NCBI RefSeq assembly: GCF_001949145.1
Contig: NW_019091356.1
Span: 3,194,713 to 3,258,712 of the forward strand
DNA from: Acanthaster planci
Lineage: Eukaryota
Direction of reading: 5' to 3'
Length of the DNA stretch: 64,000 nucleotides
Within the stretch, counting starts at the first letter, position 1; each line of letters begins with the position of its first letter. This document shows positions 50,601 through 62,600 of this stretch, one piece after another. Under the pieces are notes generated by a model. The model searched no databases. It was given only the letters and a program-made list of their open reading frames with translations, and was not told the origin of the DNA. The translations under genes were made by a program, and so were the position numbers.

Positions 50601-53600
50601 ATCAGTTTGTCATCCAGAAATATGTGGGATGGAAGCACCTTGGACCCAACTAGTGTGTGATCCTAATTAAATTAATGTTGTTATCAGGGGAATGTTTACC
50701 GGAACGGCCGTTGTTATTTGTTGCGTTCTGGTGTTTCCTCGAAGACATGGGCATTTTTTGGGATGGACTTCACCTAATTGTTACATGAGGACCCTTCTAG
50801 AGCCAGTCCCACTTTGCTCTGAATGAGGTGTGTCTTAAAAGGTCAGCCTGCCGTAGAATTTTCTCTCCTCCCCTCGTGTCCACAGCTTGAGGAGGAGGCG
50901 CGGCAGAGGCAGGTAGAAGAGGAGGCCCAGCGGCGACTGGAAGAGGAGCAGAGGCAGGCGGACCTGGAGAAGGTCCGACAGCTGGAGATTGCCAGGAAGC
51001 AGGAGGAAGAAGAAAGCAGGAGGAAGGTAAGGCTTGTTTGCCAGGGTGGTGCTGGAGGTATGATTCTATCGTGGAAATTTATTTTGGGGGGATGGATTTG
51101 AAAGAGAAAGTTCACTTTTTGAGGTCCTTGTTTTCATGCTTGAATAGTTTTGAGCCATTTTGCGGACATTGTTAGTAATTGTCAGTGTTGTAGTCGAGAC
51201 CACACGAGACCAACACAATAGCTCTATTCTGAATTCAAGTCACAAGCTATTCAAATGAACTCCAACAAAAGCATTCCTTTGTCATTGTTCACACTGTTAC
51301 TTGTGACTGGTCTTGTGACTGTCTGGTGCAAGGTCTTGTGTCTGGTCTTGTGTCTGGTCTTGTGACTGGTCTCGTGATGGTCTCAACTACAGCACTGGTA
51401 ATTGTGAACACATTTAACCAAGTTGTAAGCAAAAAGTGTTGGAGCTATTGACTGGCTCTTGGAAACCTGATGCTGCTTACTATTTTCCATTACGCAGTAT
51501 GGTTTAACAACATTAAAAAATTCCATTTCAACTGTAATTTCAAGTTCCACTTCTCTGTCAGATTTTATCCAAACTTCTGCAAACACACATCAAATGAAAG
51601 TTTATTTATTAAATGTACATTACAGTGATCGCAAACTCCAACTTTGAATTTTCACTCCCAAGTGTTGGGTTTTGCTAGAGCCGGTCACAATTTTGTTTGC
51701 AGTTAGAGGGAGGTAGTAGCTCTCTACATCAGGGAAACTACCAGTAAAATGTGGTGGCTTGCAAAACTAAGGACTGAGTGTAATCTTTTATTGGTTCGTT
51801 TCCTGTACCCTATCATCCTCAGTTCCATAGTAGAATGGTTAAATCTACATGTTTTCCGATAACGACATTTTATCACCAAGCCAGCGGTGGCAAGATGTGA
51901 GCGGGCAGTGCCACTAGAAAGCTGTAAACAACACCTGACGAATTGGCCATTTTATTTTCATGTGCATCACTAGGCTGAAGAGCAGCGTCTTGCCCTGGAG
52001 GAGGAAGCCCGGAAGCTAGCCGAGGAGCAAGAGAAACTGCGGATGGAAGAGGAGGAGCGACGCCTCCTGGAGGAAGTGGAAAGCCACCAGCAGGAGCTGG
52101 ACCGGCTGCGGGCCGAGCAGCTGGAGCGAGCTGAGCGGCAGATCATGCACGAGTTTGACCACTCCATCGCTCAGGTGAGTCCCGCAGCTGCGATGATAAA
52201 ACTGTCTGGGATGGCTTGAGCTGAGGCTATGTCTGGAAATTCAGGATGTGGCCGGCCGGCTGCATGTATCTGAGGCGAGTTGATATAGCCATTAGCTAGT
52301 GACTTCCTCGGGCACACGATTTTCCCAGCCATAGCCAGTATCTTTTGGACGCAGCTGGATGAGTGGAAGTGGAACACAGACAGTGTACCGCAAGCCTGTA
52401 CCACAATCCTTGACAAGTCACAGCCAAAGTGCCTTGTGAAAAGCCGTCTTGCCTACATGCAGCCACGTCCTCTGGTGCTGGTTTTGAATTGTTGACAGGG
52501 CCTATCAAACCATCATCAATTCGACTGCTTTTTGTCACAGTTAGTCCACCTCTAGCTGTAGGTCGCACAGGGAACAGTTAGCACAAGAAATACCCTTGTT
52601 GCCATGTTAAATTTCATTATGCCTCAGTTCTGAGTGTTTGTGACTTCTTGTGTTAATCCCAGGAAATAATGTCTCCAATATTAACAAAACCTTCCCTGTT
52701 GTTAGCCCACCTCACAGTGTATCTGTGGTGTTTCTGTTCCTTTGGTGAGTGTAATTTGTAATCACGGTACTTTAGTGTTACAGTTACACCTCTGGTGTTG
52801 TCCATTCCGTCATTAAGCATCTCTTATCCTTCTGTACCCCACCACCTGCCTTCCCCACCCAAATCCCCTCCCTATGCCTCACCCCTTTTCTTGTGTAACG
52901 TGTCTTTGTCCCAGTTGCATCAAATTCAAGCTGGTACATGTATTACAGATCGTCCCCCAACCTTTCCCCCTCCCTGTTTGTATACCCATCTGCCTGTATC
53001 AATTTCTCATGTCTATCTCCTCTCTCTGTACCTCTGCTGTCTTGCTGCGTAGCTTGCAGCTCAGGAATCACACGACTTTTACTCGGCTTTGGAGCAGGTA
53101 TGTTGGGTCATTAACGCCTCGTTGACCTTTGACCCCTATGCATAATGAATCATTACTACTAATCACATTAATACTCAGCTGGTTTTTGTTTTAGTTGACT
53201 TTTCTCCATACATTCGTTTCCCTTGGTTTCCACTCTCTTTGAAGTGGAGAATTTCTGCTGTACGACTGTACCATTCTGACGGTGCACTGTTACAGTAGCT
53301 CTTCTTGCAAAATTGGCGAAACTTTCTTTTATTCAAGGTGCATTGCTAAATGAAGATTACTCCCATGTTTTTGAAGGTGCAGTCAATTTGGCATACTTGG
53401 CACTACTTGTGCAAATCAAAAATTGGTATTTACATTGCTGCCTTATCTTGAATATAACCAGCAATGTGAAGTCTGTGCGATGTTAATCCATAAATTGTAT
53501 ACTACCTATGCGCAAAAGGGCATTTGAAGACACCAGGGGCCAATTTCATAGAGCTGCTTAAGCTACTTTTAGAGTAGAACTTTCCGCTGTCAGCATATTT

Positions 53601-56600
53601 CAAATAAATTGAGTTCACTTTAAATGCTTCTACCGATTTAACTCTTTTCCACAGCCGGCGGAGTTAGAAGTAAGCAAAAGAAGAATTTAAAACAATACTA
53701 GCGTTTCACAATAGTGCACCTCCAAGAGTTTGCAACGCATTGACCAATCATAGTGCGCGAAATCTGCCGACCCGGTGCGCGTTTGGAAAGGGTTGACAGA
53801 TTTCACGCCTTGTGATTGATCAACGCATTGAAAACTCTTGGAAGCGTGCTATTGTGAAACACCCGTATCGTGTATGTCTGTAATTTAGTGTTGGGTAATC
53901 TCTGTGGTACATCGCTTTTTTTGCTAAGCAGATATTTACTAGCTGTGTGTTGCATGCATGTTCTAATCATTTTCTAGCTGTGGTGTCAAGAGGATGTACT
54001 GTATTGCTCATTATATTACTTTTTTAATTCTCCAGTTCTGCTTACATCAGTCCCAAAGCTTTGCTTTTTTTTTCGTTCAGGCTAGGAGGCACTCTAAAAT
54101 AAAAATGACTATTTCATTGAACTTTTCTTTTGTCAGGGGTATAACCGTGCCTTTTAACGGGGAGTCGGGCTGAGCAGTACTTGCTTTCTGTTCTTGGTGT
54201 ATTAATTTTGCTTTTGAGTGTGTCAGTTTCTTTTGCTCGGTGTTATCAGCAGATGTCTCCACATGATGCTGCCTTTTTCTCAGTCTTAGGGGCCCAATGC
54301 TATGGAGCTGTCTTATCACTTAATACACAGAGCTGCACAGCTGGGTCACTCTCCTAGATAACTATGGTACTATGGAGTGCATCTTGCTTGTGTTTGTTTT
54401 TTGGGGGGGCTGAAGGTGTTGGCTCGAAATTCGGGTAGCCAGATCTGTGCTACTGAAGCAGCTGCTTGAAATGGCCAGATTTCAAAGAGCCATATAGCAG
54501 AAAATGGTACTTGGCAAGTTGTATGCTGCGCAGAAATCAGCAGTGAACCAGTTAGAAGTGGTATACATTACATTGGCATTTTTACCGGTCACCTGTTCTT
54601 GCTAGATGAATGGAAATTGATAGCTCGGTGAAGTCCTGTGCTTGAAAGATCCATGAAGTTGGCCGTAGACCACTGTCCTGTGTTACTGAACCTCTGCCCC
54701 TTTGGTCTCCATTTCAGGTTGAGGACTCTGAGGAGGACGATGAGAATGCCTCCAAGAAGTCTGAGGACACTCACTACTTTGAGGGCTTCCTCCAGATGAA
54801 GACGGGTAAGGGAGAGTGGGCGGAGTGAATGAATTAGTGGGAGGCATTTGTAGAAGCCAGGGGGTTTTTTTTGTTGAAATGTAACCCATTTATTGATTTG
54901 TTGTCTGTGACAGGGGGAATGGTAAACTCGTGGAAGAAGCGGTGGTTTGTGCTGAGAGACGAGACGCTCATGTGGTTCAAAACCAAACAGGTAACAAAAA
55001 CCTTCCGAAACAGATGTGAAAATAGGTAGCAGATAAAGAAACTGGAGTTTCCAAAAGTCATTGCAGGGGAAGGAGCGTATCCACTTTGAGGAGAAGCTCC
55101 CCCCTCATTGGTTGAAAAGAGCTGCGTTGGTTGGGAGTGTTCATTTTGTTGGTAGCGATGCGACTACAACGCTTGTGTTTCCGAGTCATTCGTGAAGCAG
55201 CGATGTGCAGTTAGTACCAAAGGAGCATCCATTGCTAAGGAAATAGTGCCCTCTCTTGGTCCAGCTCGAGGCCCACAGTTAAGGACAAGATGACGCAGCA
55301 AGCTCCTTTGGTTGTCACTCTTGTTGAAATTTGTGAGAGTGTGTCTTCAGTACTGTTTCTCCGGTTACCATTTAACAGGAAGCTCTGAAGTCTGGCTGGC
55401 TCATGAAGAAAGGAGGCGGAACTGGTACCCTGTCAAGGTGAGCAGTGTTAATTTTTTTTCCCGTTTAACAGCGATGGGATTTTGACATCATTACTGGTAG
55501 GAAGTGGTAGCCCATAGACTCATCTGGGAGTCCTGGGCTCAGTGAGTTTGATACATACATCGAGTTCAGAACAGGAAAAACGAAGGCCATGAAGCTGACA
55601 TTCTCCTTCTTTTTCAGACGAAACTGGAGGAAGCGTTTCTTCATCCTCAAAGACACGATGCTCTCCTACTACGAATCGGACGGCAATAACGCCAAGCTGC
55701 TGGGCAAGATTGACATCAAGGCATCCAGGTAGGCCCTCCCCACCTACAAGAATAACTTAAAATACTTGCGCTGCTTCTCATTATTTCCTTGTTTTCACTC
55801 TTGCGATCTTTTTCTTCTCAACAAGGTCTTTTTTAATTCTCCATGCAGACGAATCACAGACAGCAGCTACGGTCGAGAGAACTCCATTGACGTTGAAACC
55901 AACGACAGGACATATCACTTGGTGGCCGAGTCAGCCGACGACTGCAGGTACTGCCTGATACCAATCAAGGATTCTTCCTTTCTTGGTTTACGTTTACTCG
56001 TGTTGGATATCTTTGATGCATTCCTAGAGCTTAAGTGGAAATCATTTCACATTTCCCAGTTGGGACTTGGATCCATACATTGTAACTATTTATCAAAATG
56101 TTCTCACCACTAGGCTGCCGGGATTTTTTTGACTGTCTGGCAGTTTAAAATCTGTTGTGAGCAGCCAATGAATAAACATTTTGCAAACTCCACTTTTTGG
56201 GGGGCGGGGCGATAGAAATGTAGATGTCCCAACAGGAGCAGTTCCAAGGGAGGGGAGTGAGTTTTTTTTACGTACCCCGTTAAAATTTGGAAGTGAACTG
56301 AAATTTTCATTGTTCTGCACAGTGAGTGGTTCAGCATCCTGACACGGGTGAAGAACTCGCAGGACTATGAGCTGAAGCAAATGCACGACGAGGAGGCCAA
56401 CCCCAAGAATGCCATCGGCTCGCTGGACGTGGCTATCATCGACTCGGTTGTACCCGTGAACATAGCTGAGAGGTTAATCGGTTTGGTTGTGGATTCTATT
56501 AAAAATGCTGAGTGTGGTTATGTTGTTGGAGCCCATGTTTGTATGTCACAAGACTTGACTCTCAACATCCTAGATTTTCAAGATCGATTAGGTTTTTGGA

Positions 56601-59600
56601 GGATTTTGAAAGGTCAAGGAAGATGCAGCCTCATTCATTGTCCTAAACCCTCCAGGGTACTTTGACCAGAAACCCTGCCAGGCGCATCTGTCCAAGACCA
56701 AACAGCCTGGGAGTCTGTGGTTGCCAGCCACCACAGGATCCAACCGTGACATTGTTCAGTGGGACTAGCTCCCAATGTCTCAATATGGCTAGTTTGTTAG
56801 GCTGCTGTTGATTGCCAAGTGCTTGAAAAGTGCTTTAGACTTTTTACACCTGAGGCACTGTGCTACGTTTGGCAGGGTTGGGGCTATTACATCCTACGAG
56901 GCTTGATGTACCCTCCAGCTCAGTACAAGTTTGTTGTCAATGATTTTGGGGAAAAGTGGAGGATTCAAGAGGGTTCTTGTCGCAGTTGCCTTTGGAGTTG
57001 GAATAGTGTCATCAAGATAAGAGCCGTCGTTTTGTTGGATCTTGTTGTCTGATGACTAATGACTTCTTTTTTTTCTATTCTAGGCCCAACTGTTTTGCCA
57101 TCATCACGGCCGAGAGGGTCATCAACCTGCAGAGTGAGTCTCCGGTCGGCATGAACAACTGGCTAGCAGGTAAGGACTGCTCACACTTTAGCGCAGCTGA
57201 TGAACCACCAACGGGGTCAACTTATGACTGTTAGATTTCAGCAAATTCAGAGAGAGCCTCAATAAAAAATTTTGGAGATTAGTATTTCAGTGTACAAAGG
57301 ATGGTTCCTGTAGTTGCATTTATATAAGAGGCGTGCAACTTTTCCTCAGATAAGCTGATTTCCTTGGAAAAGTCGTGGAAATTTGTTTTGTTTTGCAGGC
57401 CTGGAAAAGTCATGAAATTTTGTAAAAATGACTAAAAGTCATGGAAGAGTCATGGATATTTTCAAACATTGTGTGTGATTTCTATTCTCAGAAATAAGTG
57501 CATAAAATGTGTGATTGTATTTGTAACTTAAAAAGCCCAATAGTCCAAGAAATTGCATTATTGGGTCATGGTTTTTCATAATTTGGTCAGGGAAAAGACA
57601 TGGAATTTAATTGTCCTTTGGGTGCAGGAACCCTGTTCCTTGTGTTTTTTTTTTTATTCTTGCCATTACAAATTCAAAAATGTTCACAAAATCTTGTGCA
57701 GTTGGAATGTACTTGGTTTTTTTTCCTGAATTCCCACTCACACACCTGATAACGAGTCGGCCTGCTGCAGCTTTCATCCCGTTTTACAGGGGTGAGATTT
57801 CCCAGCTTTTTAGCGGATTTCAGCTTTTTTGTTTTGGATTTCAGCTTTTTTTCTTCACTGGCTGTGTGGGAGATTTTCTCAGTTCAGCTTCTTTACGCCC
57901 TTTTCCAGCTGTTTTCAGCTATTTGTATCATTGGTCAATCTCACCCCCTGGCTTTAGCAGCCAAGTTTCGTACTTCTGAAGCAATTACTTCCACTGTCAG
58001 AGGTCTGAGAGATCCAACAGGTTGTCTTCCCTCCTTCCCTCCCCCAGCTCTGACCCAGTACCACAAGGGCAAGCGCACCCACAAACAGGAGGACATCCTG
58101 TTGGGCGGCTGGCTGACCAAGGAGAGTGCCTCCACCGGCACCCTGGCCCGGGTCTCCATGGGCTCCCGCAAGAAGCGCTATTTCGTGCTGACGGCCAACT
58201 CGCTGGAGTTCTACCGCAGTGTGGAACTGGAGCAGAAGATGGGCGCCATCGCCCTCAACAGCCTGTGCTCTGTCACGCTGCCGGACGAGAAGATATTCAA
58301 GGAGGAAGGTGGGTGGAGGTTTTTCTGGCATGGCACCTGGCTCTTGGATTTTAGTGGTGGGGGGTAGGCAAGTGTCCCAGTTGGATTTTTTGGGGCTATG
58401 GCTTTGGTTTTCGCCATTCACAGACCATGGGTGGATAGCCATAGCAATTGACAAAAGTGTACATGCTGCCAGGTGAGAGATATTCAAGGAGGAAGATAGG
58501 TGGACTTTTTCAGGTTTGGCATTGGTCTTTTGGTTGGGGGGGAAGGAGGAAGGGTTTGGCAGTGCCCAAATTGGGTATTTCAAGGCTACGGCTTTTTTTC
58601 TTGCTGTTCATGCATGCACAATGCTGGACAGCAACAACCATTTTGACAAGAGTGCTTATTTTGGACTTGAGACCAAGCAAAGCTTCTTATATGGTCTTCA
58701 GGAATTCCCCTCCCTTTTGTCCTAAATTGAATTGAACACAAATAATAGATTGTTGTAAATATTATGTACACTTCCAACAGCTGGGATATTTTCAAATATT
58801 GCAAACTATACCAGGGGTCTGTGCGTGCAGATTGCATTTGCTAAATGTACGAATAAAATACATCCATTCGGGTATTCAGCATTCAAAATTCAATATTTGT
58901 AAGCTTTCCAACAAAGTGTGTATTATATTGGCCTGCGTCATGTTTTTTGGTGTTTGCTATTTCTGCAAGCGGGGCTTCTCTTGAGTCTTCAAAGCCTGCA
59001 TTGGACTTGAAACACGGCTGTACTAACCACCGTCATACCTGTATTGCAAATAGTGTATAATCCTCATCTTAAATGCCACCCTAACCCCATCAACACCCTA
59101 CCCAAATTCTGCAAAAACCCCACCTTTGCCCATACAGCCTTACCCAAATCCATACCCGACCTCTTGTCTTTCCTTTTTTTGTTTGACTTCTCAAGCCTCA
59201 CACCCACCCATCCACCCACCCACCTGCCATTCATGCCCTTCCCTTTATTCCCGCCCAACTGTCATCCTCTTTTTATTCCCGTCCAATATCTGCAACAGCC
59301 ACTGTCCTTGTTTTACATACCAACCCGAGCTCCTACACAGCTGAACACAGCCTAGCCTAGCCCAACCCAACCCTACCCATGTCTTCCCTGCCTTACCCTG
59401 CCCTGCCCTTGCCTTGCCCAGCCCTACTGTGTCTTGCCTTGCCCCACCTATGTAGCCCTGCCTAGCCCTGATCTGCCCAGCCCTGCCCTGCCTTGCTTTG
59501 CCCAGCACGGCCCTGCCCGGCCCTGCCCAGCCAACCCACTCATCCCACCCATTCCTACCTTACCCCTATTCAGTGCCTACCCAGTTGAAGGTTCCGCACC

Positions 59601-62600
59601 TCACATTTTTAATTAATTTTAATCTTAGCACTGAGTGATTATGACGTGCACCAGTGTATTTGCCTGGTACCGATTTTATCCAAATTGCATCTTGATATTA
59701 AAATTGTATTTCTCCTGTTCACATCCCTCGTTCTTTCCTCTGCGTGATTAAAGCCTGCCCACCGCCCACATCCAATCCAAGTTCCCCAAGCCCCAAAAAG
59801 AGCCGTAAAAAGAGCCCCATCCAGTATATCAGTAGCCCCACCCAAGATAGCCTGAGCCAAAATAGTCTCTCCCACAACGGCTCCACCCAGAGCCTCAACT
59901 CCCTGAATTTCAAGTCGAGCACAAATAGCTTGGTAGAGACGCTGATCCGCAATAAAAAGAAAAAACGCCGGGGTAAGACGACACGTTGTCTGCATGATCT
60001 CTTGGCACTTCGGGACTTTTGCACTTTGCACATACAAGATTCTGTGATGTTTGCATGATAAATGTCAAGCGTAGTTATAAATAGATGTGAAGCTATGAAT
60101 ATGCATGATTTGAAGCATCTCGTTTGTATTGAGAGGCATGAATTATTCATATTTGATTTTTTAAAAGAAAATGTTTCCCTTGTGAATGGTTTTTGTTTCC
60201 TTGATACGATTCCTTAGGCCGATTCATCAAGGAAGTTTGGATAATGTGAATTGTTATTCTTTGATGTGTTTCAATGAATTTACATATATTTGACGTTGCT
60301 GTTTGTCCTTATATGTTATTATTTAAAGTGTATTTTATGTTTCAACTATTGAAATTTGGTCTTTTAAAAGTGATGTGTTTCGTCAAACCGTTTTGATATG
60401 ATGTGGACACCTGTTTATGAAAGCCAATTGAATTGATATTGAGGTCACAGAGTATTTAAGTTTGATTGGGGAAATTTTATTTGGTGAAGATTGTTATACA
60501 GCAGCAATTGAAGTTTGAATTTTTTCTTTTCCTAAGTTCCTTGCATGATGACATCATTCACTCGCTGGAACACAACAGTTATCGGCTTTATTATGATAAC
60601 ATGAACACGCATCTAATACATGTATCTGTCAACTGTGCATAATTTAAAGTCGTTTGTGTTTTATGCTTTTACGGCAAATTAATTATCACATAAACATAGG
60701 AAAATGTACATATTTATTACAGTCACAGTTTAATTTTGATGGCTTGTTAATATTCATGGTAATTGCTAATGACATTATTTCTAACTCCCCCATTTTTGCA
60801 CCTGTTGCCTCCCCAAACCAACACCTCTCATCTTCTAGGTAGTCTGGGTAACATCTTATCTAATGGGGTCATGCCCACTGACACGCCCACCCAGTCCAAT
60901 GGCATCAAGGCCACGCCCCCGTCTAGCCCCGCCCAGGGCCAGTCCAACTCCAACTCTATGCGTAGACGGTCCAATAGTCTTGTTTCCACGCTTATGCGGT
61001 CTAGCAAGCGATTAAGTAGACTAGATCGTGAGGGTATGTATCCACGCAGGTGGAGGCTCCGCCTCAAATGGATCAACAAAATGAATCATGCATGCCTTGC
61101 TGCATAATGCATGTATGCATGCAAAAACCTTCCCTGTGTCTCCTAGCTTGCTGGTGTTCCTGCCTGTGGTGTACTACTAACTCATGCATGCAAACTCAGG
61201 CGATTTGCTTGAAAAAAATTGTGATTCCTGTTCCCTGCTTAAGGTTAACCCAAACAATGTGCATGCAAACAAGTCATGTGCATAGTCACACAAATTTGAC
61301 CAAACTAGAATTCTTTCCACGTTAATTTTGATTCGAGCTGTACTTTCGTTGGCTCCCCGAACAGGCCACCATAACCTGCTCTTTTTGTCACTTTCATTTT
61401 GTTGAATGTTGCTTTAAACTTTTTAAATTTTGTATGGCTAACTGACAAACATAGACTTGTAGTTTGTAGCTGATGTTCCAGGAACACAGTTGACTGTCAA
61501 AGTTGCATTGATGACAGATTTAAGATCTGTTTATTAATTCACTTTGGAAGTTGTTACAATTACCCAGCTCATATAGAACATCAACTACTTAGAATGTGGC
61601 ACTTTGGAACAGAAGGGGGACCTGTTTTCATGCCACCGCAAGCAAAAAACAGGGTTTATGCATGAAGTAGGTGTTCAAACTACACCTCGGCAGGGAATTG
61701 ATGTCCAGTAATGATAAGCAAAATGTTGCACCGAGCAGTAGTTGCGTGTCCCCCATGAGTATATATATACTTTGTTGAAAGTCACAGTTGAACTGCTACA
61801 AACTGAAGTTCAGTTTTCTGTCCCTGTCTAAATTTGTAGGCTGCCTGCTTGAGTCCTCCATTGTCATAAGTAGCAAGACTATAACTGCACTAATTATTGC
61901 ATTTAACAGCTTGCTTGAAATCTTTGAAACATATTCAACCCTGCTTTTCGTCATCATTGGAAATCAGTCATGCACGGAATGCCATTATGCCATGTTTTTC
62001 CTTCTGCACTGTTCCTGTCTTAACATCATTCATCTTATGCTTTCCTCTCCGATCCTTTTTTTTTAACCATTTAACTGTGGGCTCTTTCTAGTGCCCATTG
62101 TTTCTCATTTGTTAGGAAAACCTTCTTTGACACAATGAAACCGATCTTTAAAGATCTGTTGGGCTTGAGGTATGTCCACGCGCCATTCCTTAGAAGGCCG
62201 ACAACTTCTTGGCTGTGAATTAATGGTTGATTTTTTTTCAAAACGCTGACCGTGACATCGGCAGGCTACTGGAAGTTTACGGTGCATGGGCGTAACTGCT
62301 CCTTCAACCTGTACACTGTGTCTTATGATGAAGCCTGGAAGTGGACCTATGCCATTCAGGATGTCATCGACAGCAAACCGAAGCTGGAGACGCCGTTCCA
62401 GATACTCATTAGGGACATTAAGGTGAGGTTTCATTCGTGAAGCTGGACAGGGGGGTCGACTGATTTCTTTGGCTCGGTCACTATTTCAATGAATCGGTTG
62501 ATCTACCACTCTCTTATAATTCAGTCAAGAGGCCAGAATGCCATAGAAAATTGTAAAGGTAGTTGCAGGTTTGAAAATTACAGAAATTCTTTTTCCAACA

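Noticed and set aside
52663..52744. AG..GTGAGT-bounded segment as a MYO10 exon or headless-isoform start
   Set aside because: It is 82 nt and phase 0 to 1, so it would frameshift between phase-0 neighbours; the peptide has no myosin similarity.
54081..54175. Strong-looking acceptor (ttttttttcgttcAG) as a missing PEST exon
   Set aside because: The frame reaches a stop without a convincing in-phase donor and the peptide is not PEST-like.
59245..59616. ORFs 59245-59508 (-) and 59434-59616 (+) with GQGRA/PALP repeats
   Set aside because: They are translation artefacts of the pentamer repeat.
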